Below, piece after piece: positions 40,001 through 49,923 of a DNA stretch of 64,000 nt. Positions within the stretch are counted from its first letter, which is position 1; each line of letters starts with the position of its first letter. The notes beneath the pieces are model-generated. The model saw nothing but the letters and a program-made list of their open reading frames with translations. It was not told the DNA's origin and made no database searches. The position numbers and the translations under genes were made by a program. The stretch spans positions 1,184,001 to 1,248,000 of the forward strand of contig CAVXGK010000002.1 in NCBI GenBank assembly GCA_963761305.1, written 5' to 3'. Source of the stretch: an uncultured Gemmatimonadaceae bacterium (GTDB taxonomy: Bacteria > Gemmatimonadota > Gemmatimonadetes > Gemmatimonadales > Gemmatimonadaceae).

Positions 40001-42118
40001 CTAGCCGACTCGAAACAACTCCAGCGACCGCGCGTAGCGGTCGCCCAACACTCGTCGCATGCCGGCGTGCTCGGGCAGCTCGAGCGACGCGTCGTGCGAC
40101 AAGATCTCGGCGGCGGCCTCGCGTGCCCGCTCGCTGAGCGCCTCGTCGCGGAACGGGTCGGCGATGCGGAACGTGGGCACGCCGCTCTGTCGTTCACCGA
40201 ACAGGTCACCCATGCCGCGCAACCGCAGATCCTCGCGCGCGATCTCGAATCCGTCTTCCGTGTGCACGAACACCTGCAGCCGCTCGGCCACGTCAGGACT
40301 CACGTCGCCGAGGAGAATGCAGTACGACTCTTCCGCGCCGCGGCCGACTCGGCCGCGCAGCTGGTGCAGCTGCGAGAGCCCAAATCGTTCGGGGTGCTCG
40401 ACGAGCATCACCGTCGCGTTCGGAACGTCGATGCCGACCTCGATCACCGTCGTCGCGACGAGCAGGTCGATCGTGCCGTCGCGGAAGCGGCGCATGATGT
40501 CGTCGCGTTCGTCGCTCGGGACGCGCCCGTGCAGCAGCGCCACGCGACGGTTCGCGAACGCACCGGCGGCGAGCGCGTCGAACATCGTCGTCGCCGCCTT
40601 GAGGTCGGTCTTCTCCGACTCCTCGATGACCGGATAGACGATGTACGCCTGCCGCCCGAGCTCGAGCTGGCGGTCCACGAACTGAAGCACGCGATCGCGC
40701 GCCGATGCTTTTCGCAGTGCCGTCGTGATCGGGTGCCGTCCCGGCGGCGGTTCGTCGAGCATGCTCAGGTCGAGATCACCGTACATCGTGAGCGCCAGCG
40801 AACGCGGGATCGGCGTGGCCGACATGAGCAGCACGTCCGGCGCTTCGCCCTTGGCGCCGAGCGCCTTTCGCTGCTCGACGCCGAAGCGATGCTGTTCGTC
40901 GATCGCCGCGAACCCGAGATTCGAAAACGCCGTCGCTTCCTGCACCAGGGCATGAGTGCCGATCACGAGCACCGGCTCGTCGCTCGCCAGCCGCGCGGCG
41001 ACGGCCTTCCGCTGCTTTGCGGCGAGGCTCCCCGTGAGCAACAGCGGCTCGATGCCAAGCGGCGCGAGCAACCGGCCGATCGAGATCGCGTGCTGCTCCG
41101 CCAGCAGCTCCGTCGGCACCATGATGGCCGACTGTCGCCCGTTCTCGACCGCGAGCATCGCGGCGAAGAGCGCGACGATCGTCTTGCCGCTGCCGACGTC
41201 GCCTTGCAGCATCCGCTGCATGCGCCGGTCGCTGCACATGTCGGCGACGATCTCGCGAATCGCGCGCGTTTGCGCCCCGGTGAGCTGAAACGGCAGCGCT
41301 CCGCGCAGCGCGGTGGTCAACTTGCGCTTGTTGACGAACCGAATGCCGGACCGGTGCTGGCGCGCCAACTCCTTCGCCCGCTGGTGGAGGAGATGGACGA
41401 AGAACAGCTCCTCGAACGCGAGCCGCGATCGACCGCGCATCGCCTCGGCGAGCGACGTCGGGCGGTGCATCATGCGTAGCGCGTCGCCGATCGACGGCAC
41501 GTCCGCCGCCTTCACCACGCTTGGCGGCAGGTACTCGGTGACGAGCGGTAACAGCGCGTCGAGGTGCGCATCGATGATCGAGCGGATGACCTTGAACGAC
41601 AGGCCCTCCGTGGCTGGATACACGGAGAGCACGCGGCCCTTCGCCGTGCCCTGCTCGTCGTCGCCGAGGTTGACGTACTCGCGCGGCTGCAGCTGGCGGC
41701 CGTGGAAGAAGCGGACGTTGCCCGTCACCAGCAACACGTCGCCCTTGTCGATCGTGCGGTCGAGGAAGGGCTGGCCCGGCCATGAGACTTCTATCATGCC
41801 GGTGTCGTCGCGCAGTACGGCCTGGAAGATCCTCAACCCTTTGCGTGTCGGCAGCACGCCCTTCGAGATCACCGTGCCGACGACCGTCCCCTGCATTCCC
41901 GGCTCGAGGCTCTTGATCGCCGTGATCGTGCTGGCGTCCTCGTACCGATGCGGCACGTGGTAGAGGAGGTCGCCGGCCGTCGCGATGCCGAGCCGTCGCA
42001 GCGCCTCGGCGCGCGCGGGACCGACGCCCTTGAGATACATCACGGGTGTGTCGAGATACAGCCGATGCGCACCGCCGGACTTGGCGGATCGCCGCTCGCT
42101 CTCCGTGGGCGCGCTCAT
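40001..42118 (-). CDS. recG: ATP-dependent DNA helicase RecG
   Basis: LKGVGP, QGDVGSGKT, DEQHRFGV, MSATPIPR, ERFGLSQLHQLRGRVGRG. Confidence 0.97.
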   Translation of the reverse strand: MSAPTESERRSAKSGGAHRLYLDTPVMYLKGVGPARAEALRRLGIATAGDLLYHVPHRYEDASTITAIKSLEPGMQGTVVGTVISKGVLPTRKGLRIFQAVLRDDTGMIEVSWPGQPFLDRTIDKGDVLLVTGNVRFFHGRQLQPREYVNLGDDEQGTAKGRVLSVYPATEGLSFKVIRSIIDAHLDALLPLVTEYLPPSVVKAADVPSIGDALRMMHRPTSLAEAMRGRSRLAFEELFFVHLLHQRAKELARQHRSGIRFVNKRKLTTALRGALPFQLTGAQTRAIREIVADMCSDRRMQRMLQGDVGSGKTIVALFAAMLAVENGRQSAIMVPTELLAEQHAISIGRLLAPLGIEPLLLTGSLAAKQRKAVAARLASDEPVLVIGTHALVQEATAFSNLGFAAIDEQHRFGVEQRKALGAKGEAPDVLLMSATPIPRSLALTMYGDLDLSMLDEPPPGRHPITTALRKASARDRVLQFVDRQLELGRQAYIVYPVIEESEKTDLKAATTMFDALAAGAFANRRVALLHGRVPSDERDDIMRRFRDGTIDLLVATTVIEVGIDVPNATVMLVEHPERFGLSQLHQLRGRVGRGAEESYCILLGDVSPDVAERLQVFVHTEDGFEIAREDLRLRGMGDLFGERQSGVPTFRIADPFRDEALSERAREAAAEILSHDASLELPEHAGMRRVLGDRYARSLELFRVG

Positions 42119-42119
42119 T

Positions 42120-42162
42120 CGATGCTCACGCGATGCTCACGCGATGCTCACGCGATGCTCAC
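42120..42162. repeat. 11-bp tandem repeat (CGATGCTCACG) x3.9
   Basis: Fills the ftsY-recG spacer and includes the ftsY stop codon. Confidence 0.95.
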
Positions 42163-43091
42163 TCGCCGCTCAGGAGCTCCCGGGAAAATGCCGCGGCGTC
42201 GAAAGGTTCGAGATCGCCGACAGCTTCGCCCACGCCGATGAACTTGACCGGCGCGTCGATGGCCTCGTGCACGGCGATCACGACGCCGCCGCGCGCGGTG
42301 CCGTCCAGCTTCGTCACGACGAGCCCGGACACCGGGACGGCGGCCGCGAAGATCTTCGCCTGCTGCACGGCGTTCTGGCCGATCGTGCCGTCGAGGACGA
42401 GCAGCGTTTCGTGCGGCGCGCCGGGCAGCCTCTTCGTGACGACGCGCGCGACCTTGCGCAGCTCCTCCATCAAGCTGTCGCTGGTGTGAAGTCGGCCCGC
42501 AGTATCGACGATGAGTACATCCGCGCCGCGTGCCACGGCCGAATCGATCGCGTCGAATGCCACGGCGGCCGGATCAGCGCCCGCCTTCGCGCCGACGAAC
42601 ATGGAGCCGGTGCGATCGGCCCACACACGCAGTTGATCGATCGCGCCGGCGCGAAACGTGTCGCCGGCGGCGAGCATCACCTTGCTCCCGCCGCGCCGCA
42701 ACCGATCGGCGAGCTTGCCGATGAACGTCGTCTTTCCCGCCCCGTTCACGCCGACCACGAGAATCACCGTCGGAGCGGACGGTGCAAACCGAAGCGCCGG
42801 ATCGCTGTTGCCGGCGCGCAACGCGCCCTCGACGCCGTGCGCCAAAATGTCGAGAAACTGGTCTTGGGTCTTCACGCCGCCGCGCTTGGCGCGCTGCTCG
42901 ACGTCTTCCACCAGCCGCAACGTCACCGGCACGCCGAAGTCGGACTCCAGCAGGAGCTGCTCGAGATTCTCCAGCGACGCCGTCGACACGCCGCCGCGGA
43001 TGAACACGCCCGCGTCCATCAGCGCGACGTCCTTGATGCGCTGCCAGAGCGAACGCTTGGGTACGTCTCCAGCCTTACGTAAGAGTCTCAT
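42159..43091 (-). CDS. ftsY: Signal recognition particle receptor FtsY (short, NG domain only)
   Basis: ATG 43091; GVNGAGKTT, DTFRAGA, DTAGR, TKLDGTARGG. Confidence 0.96.
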   Translation of the reverse strand: MRLLRKAGDVPKRSLWQRIKDVALMDAGVFIRGGVSTASLENLEQLLLESDFGVPVTLRLVEDVEQRAKRGGVKTQDQFLDILAHGVEGALRAGNSDPALRFAPSAPTVILVVGVNGAGKTTFIGKLADRLRRGGSKVMLAAGDTFRAGAIDQLRVWADRTGSMFVGAKAGADPAAVAFDAIDSAVARGADVLIVDTAGRLHTSDSLMEELRKVARVVTKRLPGAPHETLLVLDGTIGQNAVQQAKIFAAAVPVSGLVVTKLDGTARGGVVIAVHEAIDAPVKFIGVGEAVGDLEPFDAAAFSRELLSGE

Positions 43092-43104
43092 GATCCAAGA
43101 GTGA

Positions 43105-44910
43105 TCAACGCATGCCGCGGCGGCGGCGAAGTACCCATTCGGCGCACAACACCAATATCGCCAACGCGTAGGCCCAGCCGGCCCCGCGAATGCGGGGCGC
43201 GGCATCAGCCGACAAAGTACCGCTCGTGCGGTCGTTCGCGGTCACGGTCGGCGCGCGCGGAATCCATTCGCGCGACGGATTCACCGGCAGCAGCGCCGAC
43301 CCGCCGCGCGTCGTGACGTCGTACACGCCGGCCTCGAGCGCCGGCGTCTCCACCACAGTCACACCGGGCGGATACCGGAGCGTCAGCGTATCGCCGCGCG
43401 TCGTGCCTCGGCGTTGCACGACGACCTTGACGAGAGAATCGCCGGCCGACCCGCGCCGCCAGCGCACGGGATCGCCCGCTCGCACGACGCGCTCGTCCGG
43501 CACTGCCGCACGGTGATCTGCCCGTTCGGCGGCGAGCCAATCGAACACGCTGCCCCAGAACGCCGTGAACGCGTCGCCGGCCACGCCGCCGCGGAATTTC
43601 CAACGCCACACGCCCGACGCGGCGATGACCGCGACGCGCCGAGGCTCCTCCATGCCGACGACGAGCGGCTTGCGCTCGTCTCCGCGTCCGCGCCGCGCCT
43701 CGACGCCGATCCACGTGCCCTTGGGAACGTCGGCCCCCACGCCCACGGGCGGCAGGCTGTCCCACACCACACCGGACAGCGCCGGCGCGAGCGGCGACAA
43801 CGGCGCCGCCGACGGATACCATTCGCCTTCGGTTCCGGTCGTCACCACCAGAGCCAGCGGGCCGACCGTGGCGGCGCGCGGCGGACCGAATATCGATGTG
43901 TCGCCGTGAATGATCGCCACCGGCGCGTCGTGCAACGCCTGCCGAACGTCCGCTTCCGACGCCGGCGCGAGCGACCCTTCCGAGCGCCATTCCCCGGGGG
44001 CGACGCGGAAGAATCCGCGCGTGGGAATCCCCAGCGATCCGCGCAGCACGGCCAGCGCGTAGCGCGCGTCGAAGTCCGGCGACGTGGACACGAACACCGC
44101 GCTGGCGGCGCGCGACAGGTCCACGGCCACGTTCAACGTGTCGTCACTGTGGTTGGAATCACCGGGCGACGTCACCACGGCTCGCAGCAGCGCCGACCCG
44201 CTCGCGCCGTCGAGCTTCGTCTTGACCGAAATCGTTCGTTCGGCGAACGGCGCCATCGAGTCCACGGGCGTGGTCGCGATCGGCCGATCGTTGAGGGCGA
44301 GCGACAGCGAACTCGGCCCCGCCCCGGCGCCCCCCGCGGCGACCGTGACCCGAACGTCGAGCGTGTCGCCGCTCACCACGGCGCGCGGCGCGTCGATCGA
44401 GACGACGCCGAGATCACGCTTCGGGGGATGCTTGATCACCACGAGCCGCGATCCCGCCGGAAGCGAGGTGAGCGCGTCCGGATCGTCCACCTCACCGTCG
44501 GTGATGACGAGCAGGGGGTGGCCCGCGCCGAGCGCGCGCTCGACCACCGGCCGCAATCGCGTCGTGGGATCCGACGGCGCCTTGCCCGTGTCGCCGCGCC
44601 GGATCGAATCGCCGAACACGAACGTGCTGTCGGCCCTGGCGCGCCGCAGTGTATCGCGGGCCGCACGCCACGTCGCCGAATCGTCGCGCACCATGCTCGA
44701 CGAAACGTCGAGCGCCGCCCATGCGGCCGCCGGCTCGGGAAAGCCGAGCGGTGCGTCGAGCAGCAAGGCGACGACGAGCGCGATAACCGCCGCCCGCAGA
44801 AGTGCCGCGGCCACGGTGAACGGGCCCCCCGCGGCGCGCAGATCGCGGACGCCGTACTGAACAAGCGCCACGACGACACCAGCGCCGATCGCGATCAGCC
44901 AGGCTGACAT
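43105..44910 (-). CDS. Membrane protein with VWA-like and Ig/CARDB-like domains
   Basis: N-terminal TMs; DVSSS (DxSxS) and ITDG; C-terminal TM plus EWVLRRRRG. Confidence 0.75.
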   Translation of the reverse strand: MSAWLIAIGAGVVVALVQYGVRDLRAAGGPFTVAAALLRAAVIALVVALLLDAPLGFPEPAAAWAALDVSSSMVRDDSATWRAARDTLRRARADSTFVFGDSIRRGDTGKAPSDPTTRLRPVVERALGAGHPLLVITDGEVDDPDALTSLPAGSRLVVIKHPPKRDLGVVSIDAPRAVVSGDTLDVRVTVAAGGAGAGPSSLSLALNDRPIATTPVDSMAPFAERTISVKTKLDGASGSALLRAVVTSPGDSNHSDDTLNVAVDLSRAASAVFVSTSPDFDARYALAVLRGSLGIPTRGFFRVAPGEWRSEGSLAPASEADVRQALHDAPVAIIHGDTSIFGPPRAATVGPLALVVTTGTEGEWYPSAAPLSPLAPALSGVVWDSLPPVGVGADVPKGTWIGVEARRGRGDERKPLVVGMEEPRRVAVIAASGVWRWKFRGGVAGDAFTAFWGSVFDWLAAERADHRAAVPDERVVRAGDPVRWRRGSAGDSLVKVVVQRRGTTRGDTLTLRYPPGVTVVETPALEAGVYDVTTRGGSALLPVNPSREWIPRAPTVTANDRTSGTLSADAAPRIRGAGWAYALAILVLCAEWVLRRRRGMR

Positions 44911-44963
44911 TCGGCGAAAGCTAACGGTCGACGTCCGCCGGCCGGTCCGAATCGACCGGGCGG

Positions 44964-44996
44964 AAAAACGAATCGCGCCGGCCGAAGCCAGCGCGA
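44964..44996 (-). terminator. Intrinsic terminator after ftsZ
   Basis: Minus strand TCGCGCTGGC-TTCG-GCCGGCGCGA followed by TTCGTTTTT. Confidence 0.8.
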
Positions 44997-45030
44997 CGAA
45001 GGGACAAATGTGTTCGGGTCAGCCGTCGGC

Positions 45031-46233
45031 TCAGTCCATTTGCCGGCGGATGAACGTCGGGATCTCCATGTCGGTGACGTCCTGCGGAGCCCTCTCGCTG
45101 AGCGAGGACCGGGCCGAGCGGGTGGCATCGGCGGAACGGTTGGCCGTGCCGGTCCCGCCCGAGCCGGCCACACGGGTGGGCCGCGTCTGGGGGAACTGAA
45201 TGACGGGAGAACCAGTGGTCTTGGTGTTGGTCTGAACGAGAGAATCCACGGCGCGAGCAGTGCCCATGTTGAGCGCGCGATCGAACCCGGTCGCGATGAC
45301 CGTGACACGGATCTCGCCCTGCATGGCCGGTTCGTGGACCGCGCCGAAAATGATTTCGGCGTCGTCCCCGACAGCGTCGTGGATGATCTCGTTGATCTGG
45401 TGCACTTCGCCGAGCGTGAGGTCTGCGCCGCCCGTGATGTTCACGAGAACGCCGGTGGCGCCGGAGACGCTCACGTTGTCGAGGAGCGGGGAGCTGATGG
45501 CCTGCTGCGCCGCCTCCATCGCGCGATTCTCACCGCGGCCGATGCCCGTGCCCATGAGGGCCGAGCCGCCCGCGTGCATGACCGTCCGCACGTCCGCAAA
45601 GTCGACGTTCACCAAGCCGGTGACGCTGATCAGCGAGGAGATGCCCTGGGTCGCGTGGAGCAGCACTTCGTCGGCTTTCTTGAGGGCGTCCTGGAACGGG
45701 ATGCCCTTTCCGACCACCGCCAGTAACCGTTCATTCGGCACGACGATCATCGTGTCGACGTTCTTGCGCATGTCGTTGATGCCCTGTTCGGCTTGCCGCA
45801 TTCGCTTGCGTCCCTCGAACAGGAACGGCTTGGTGACGATGCCGACGGTCAGCGAGCCGACTTCGCGGGCCAGCTCGGCGATGACCGGTGCGGCCCCGGT
45901 TCCGGTGCCGCCGCCCATGCCGCAGGTGATGAAGACCAGGTCAGCGCCGGTGAGCGCACGGGCCACCTCGTCGCGGTTTTCCTCGATTGCCTGGCGGCCG
46001 ATCTCCGGCCGCGCTCCGGCGCCAAGTCCCCGCGTGAGCTTTTTGCCGATTTGGACTTTGACGTCCGACTTGGACGACAGGAGCGCCTGCGCGTCCGTGT
46101 TCACCGAGATGAACTCGACGCCCTCGAGGTGCTCGTCGATCATCCGGTTGACGGCGTTGCCGCCGCCGCCGCCGACGCCGACGACCTTCATCCGGGCGTT
46201 CTGGGTCGCGCTCTCTTCGAACTCGAAGATCAT
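45031..46233 (-). CDS. ftsZ: Cell division protein FtsZ
   Basis: [23 protein letters not shown]-terminal IPTFIRRQ. Confidence 0.99.
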   Translation of the reverse strand: MIFEFEESATQNARMKVVGVGGGGGNAVNRMIDEHLEGVEFISVNTDAQALLSSKSDVKVQIGKKLTRGLGAGARPEIGRQAIEENRDEVARALTGADLVFITCGMGGGTGTGAAPVIAELAREVGSLTVGIVTKPFLFEGRKRMRQAEQGINDMRKNVDTMIVVPNERLLAVVGKGIPFQDALKKADEVLLHATQGISSLISVTGLVNVDFADVRTVMHAGGSALMGTGIGRGENRAMEAAQQAISSPLLDNVSVSGATGVLVNITGGADLTLGEVHQINEIIHDAVGDDAEIIFGAVHEPAMQGEIRVTVIATGFDRALNMGTARAVDSLVQTNTKTTGSPVIQFPQTRPTRVAGSGGTGTANRSADATRSARSSLSERAPQDVTDMEIPTFIRRQMD

Positions 46234-46528
46234 TGCGAACGGTCCGTACGTCGAATGGTGTGGACGAGAGGACTCAAGGAAGGAACGACAGAACCATCAA
46301 CACCAGGAGCGCAGCGGCGCGACTCATCCGGGCCCTCAAGCGCTCGCGGAATATAATGCTTTCTGCCGTTCCGACTACCCCTTTTGACGACAGCCGTGCG
46401 AATTCTTCACGAAGAATGGCATGCTGACTTTTCCACAACCGTGACGTCCGTGACACAAATTTGATGCTGCGCGTCGCCGAGCGACGGTCCACCTCGCTAA
46501 CCCATTTCTCGAATACTGATGCCAGTTC

Positions 46529-47782
46529 CTAGAAAAAATCCTGGAGCCAGAACTTGAGCTTGGCGGTGATCCCCTCCATGCCTTTCCCGATCGGCGTCCG
46601 GCGGGCGCTGGTCACGGCACCGAGCGCGATTCGGTTGGCGCCGTACTGGGCGAGCCCCACCACCGTCGCGAATCGCGGCCCGTCCACGGTTTCGACCAAC
46701 CCGCCCACGTTCTGCGTCGGCACCCCGACGCGCGCCCCGGTCCCGAATACCTCGCTCGCCAGCTCGGCGCTCCCCGGCATGGTCGCACCGCCCCCGGTGA
46801 GCACGACCCCGGCGCTCAACTGTCCGGCAAATCCCGCCGACGCGATTTCGCGCTGCACGAGGTCGAAGACCTCGTCCATTCGCTGGTGGATGATGTGCGC
46901 CAAGAGCTCCCGCGGGACATGGCGCTCGCCTTGGGCCGCCGTGCTCGGCAGTTGGATGACGTCCCCCGGATCCACCATCGGCTCGTACGCGCATCCGAAC
47001 CGTTCCTTCAGCCGCTCGGCGTCGGCCTGGGTCACGCCAAGTCCGTGCACGATGTCTCGCGTCACGTTTTTGCCGCCGAAACGGACGGTCCCCAAATGAC
47101 GGATCTTGCCCTCGTGAAAGATCGCGAGCTCGGTCGTGCTCGCGCCCATCGCGACGTGGGCGACGCCGAGCTCCTTTTCGTCCTCCGTGAGGACGGCGAG
47201 CGCCGCGGCCAAAGGTTCGAGCACGAGCTCCCGCAGCTTGTAGCCCGCCCGTTCGATGGACCGGCGCAGGTGGATCGGCGGCGAGTTGCCGATCGTCACC
47301 AGGTACATCTCGGTTTCGAGGCGCGTGCCGGTCATCCCGATCGGATCGCGGATGCCCGCGTTCCGGTCCACCGTGTACTCCTGCGGGATGGCGTGTAGCA
47401 GCTGACGGTCGGGTGGAATCGCCTGGGCACGCGCCACCTCGTTCACACGCTCCACGTCCGACGCCGTGATCTCGTCGTGGCTGATCGCCACGATGCCCTT
47501 GCTCGTCATGGCGTGGGCATGCTCGCCGGCGATGCCGCAGAAGAGGTCCTCGACGCTGAGCCCGGCCATCCGCTCGGCGTCCTCGACCGCCTTCTTGATC
47601 GAGGTCGTCGTCTCCTCGATGTCGGACACGACCCCTTGGTGCAGTCCGGTCGTCCGCGACTGGCCGACCCCCAGCACCTTGATCGACGGATGCTTGGGGA
47701 GATCGCCATCCACTTCGGCGATGATGGCCGTGGTTTTGGCCGACCCGATGTCGAGTCCCGCGACGAGGCGTTCTGGATTCAT
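46529..47782 (-). CDS. ftsA: Cell division protein FtsA
   Basis: GLDIGSAK, PIGMTGTRLE, LTEDEKELGV, VLTGGG. Confidence 0.97.
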   Translation of the reverse strand: MNPERLVAGLDIGSAKTTAIIAEVDGDLPKHPSIKVLGVGQSRTTGLHQGVVSDIEETTTSIKKAVEDAERMAGLSVEDLFCGIAGEHAHAMTSKGIVAISHDEITASDVERVNEVARAQAIPPDRQLLHAIPQEYTVDRNAGIRDPIGMTGTRLETEMYLVTIGNSPPIHLRRSIERAGYKLRELVLEPLAAALAVLTEDEKELGVAHVAMGASTTELAIFHEGKIRHLGTVRFGGKNVTRDIVHGLGVTQADAERLKERFGCAYEPMVDPGDVIQLPSTAAQGERHVPRELLAHIIHQRMDEVFDLVQREIASAGFAGQLSAGVVLTGGGATMPGSAELASEVFGTGARVGVPTQNVGGLVETVDGPRFATVVGLAQYGANRIALGAVTSARRTPIGKGMEGITAKLKFWLQDFF

Positions 47783-48486
47783 GGCAATCTTGCGATCACT
47801 TGGTCGCGGAAGCGGAGGTCGATCTCTAAGGCGCGAAGCTGCTTGCGGGCGAGGTCCTGCTCCACGGGTGCGACATCGGCAAGGCGTGGCAGCGACAAGT
47901 CGTCGTTGGCGCGAACCGTCTCGGTCTGAGGCGCGGATGCTCCCGGCAGCTTGAGATCGAAAGCGATCTCGCCATGACCGGGTCGGCGCGCCGCGCTCAC
48001 GCGCGCGTACAGCGCCGGCATGGCAGTTCGCATGGCGCCGAGCAGTTTGAGCAGCGGAACGTCGCGGTCCATCAGGACCGGCGCGTCGACGGTCACGCGC
48101 GTGGGATCGATCGAGAGCGCATTGCCGCGATCGTCGTACGCGCGAAATCCTCCGGGCGACGACACGAGCGCGACCGGCACTCGTTCGACGATCTCGACGA
48201 CGAGCGTGCCCGGCAACTTTCGACGGATGTTGGCGCGCGCCACCCCGGGATATCCCTCCACCTTCGAGACGAGCGGCGTGGTCGGATCCCAGACCGACGC
48301 CAGCGTATCGACGTTCAGGCGAGCGAGAATGTCACTCGGCGCGAGATACCGAGCGCCGACGATTTCCACGCGCCGCACGCGGAAGAACTCCATCCGGCGC
48401 AGAATCATCGGCCCCCAGAGCGGTGCCGAACCCAAGATGAGGAGGGCCGCCGCACCGCCGATCGCGAGCTTGATCCGAGTCGTCAT
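47779..48486 (-). CDS. ftsQ: Cell division protein FtsQ/DivIB
   Basis: ATG 48486; TM followed by POTRA region (RRKLPGTL..ERVP); C-terminal IDLRFRDQ; position in the dcw cluster. Confidence 0.9.
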   Translation of the reverse strand: MTTRIKLAIGGAAALLILGSAPLWGPMILRRMEFFRVRRVEIVGARYLAPSDILARLNVDTLASVWDPTTPLVSKVEGYPGVARANIRRKLPGTLVVEIVERVPVALVSSPGGFRAYDDRGNALSIDPTRVTVDAPVLMDRDVPLLKLLGAMRTAMPALYARVSAARRPGHGEIAFDLKLPGASAPQTETVRANDDLSLPRLADVAPVEQDLARKQLRALEIDLRFRDQVIARLP

Positions 48487-49886
48487 CGAGGGGCCTGGAC
48501 GTTCGAGTGCGAAAGCTCGTCGAGCAGCGCGGGCCCCACCTTCGTAACGTCGCCCGCGCCGACGGTCAGCACCACGTCGCCCGCGACGACTCCCGACGCC
48601 AGAGCGGCCGGAAGATCCTCGCGCGTTCCACGCCAGGCCAGCCGTGCCTTCCCGCCGGCAGCGTTCAATGCGTCGGCGATGAGGGTGGACGTCACGCCTT
48701 CGATCGGCCGCTCGCGCGCCGGATAGATCTCGGTGAGATAGACGGCGTCCGCCGCGGCGAGCGACGACCCGAACTCGCGCGCGAAGTCGCGCGTGCGGCT
48801 GAAGAGATGCGGCTGAAAGGCGATGACGATTCGTCGATTGGGATAGGCGCTTCGCGCCGCCGCGAGCGTGGCCGCGATCTCCGTCGGGTGGTGCGCGTAG
48901 TCGTCGATCACCAGCACGCCCGCGCGTTCGCCGAGCCGCTGGAAGCGACGCTCGGCGCCGACGAACGAGCTCAGTCCGCGCGCGAGATCGGCGAACTCGG
49001 CGCCGAGCCCAAGACCGCTGCCGATCGCGGCGAGCGCGTTGAGAACGTTGTGCTGGCCCGGGACGCTCAGCTGCACGCGGCCAAGCAGCTCGTCGTCGTA
49101 GACGACGTCGAAGCTCGACGTGCCGGCGTGCGATTCGATTCGGCGAGCCACCAGCCGCGCGTCGCCCGACGTGATGCCGTAGCGAATGACTTCGGTGGTG
49201 CTGGGCGTGGCGAGCGCGTTCGCGCCGGAATCGTCGGCGCACAACACGATCGTGCGGGCGCCGCGGGCGAACTGCGCGAACGCACGATGGATGTCGGCGA
49301 GGTCGGCGTAGATGTCGAGGTGGTCGGCCTCGATGTTCGTGACGACGGCGACCGTCGGCGACAGCGCGAGGAACGAGCGGTCGTACTCGTCGGCTTCGAC
49401 GACGTAGAGGCGGTCGCCGCCGGCGAGAAGATTCCCTTCCCACGTCGACACGCGCCCACCCACGAGCGCCGTCGGGTCGCGGCCTGCGGCGGCAAGCGCC
49501 ATCGCGGTCATCACGGTCGTCGTCGTCTTGCCGTGCGTGCCCGCGATACCCACGAGCTCGCGCCCCGCCCCCGACGTGACTTCACCCAGCGCTTCGGCGC
49601 GACGGATCACCGGGATGCCCAGCTCTCTCGCGCGCGCGAGCTCGGGGTGCGTCTTGGGCATCGCCGACGTCACGACGAGTGCTCGAGCGGTCTCCGCGTG
49701 GGCGGGATCATGCCGACCGACCGTGACGCCCAAGCGACGCAGGTCGCCGGCGCCTTCAGGATTCGCGTCGCAGCCCGTGACTTTCGCGCCGCGCCGGACG
49801 AACAGCTCTGCGAGCGCGCTCATACCGGCTCCGGCTATCCCGACAAAATGAATCGGACGCGCGTCGTTGGGATCGAGGAGTGGCAT
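48483..49886 (-). CDS. murC: UDP-N-acetylmuramate--L-alanine ligase
   Basis: HFVGIAGAGMS, AGTHGKTTTT, EADEYD, DDYAHHPTE, FQPH. Confidence 0.97.
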   Translation of the reverse strand: MPLLDPNDARPIHFVGIAGAGMSALAELFVRRGAKVTGCDANPEGAGDLRRLGVTVGRHDPAHAETARALVVTSAMPKTHPELARARELGIPVIRRAEALGEVTSGAGRELVGIAGTHGKTTTTVMTAMALAAAGRDPTALVGGRVSTWEGNLLAGGDRLYVVEADEYDRSFLALSPTVAVVTNIEADHLDIYADLADIHRAFAQFARGARTIVLCADDSGANALATPSTTEVIRYGITSGDARLVARRIESHAGTSSFDVVYDDELLGRVQLSVPGQHNVLNALAAIGSGLGLGAEFADLARGLSSFVGAERRFQRLGERAGVLVIDDYAHHPTEIAATLAAARSAYPNRRIVIAFQPHLFSRTRDFAREFGSSLAAADAVYLTEIYPARERPIEGVTSTLIADALNAAGGKARLAWRGTREDLPAALASGVVAGDVVLTVGAGDVTKVGPALLDELSHSNVQAPR

Positions 49887-49923
49887 GTCGTGGATGCGCA
49901 ATATAGAAACCAGCTCAACAGCC

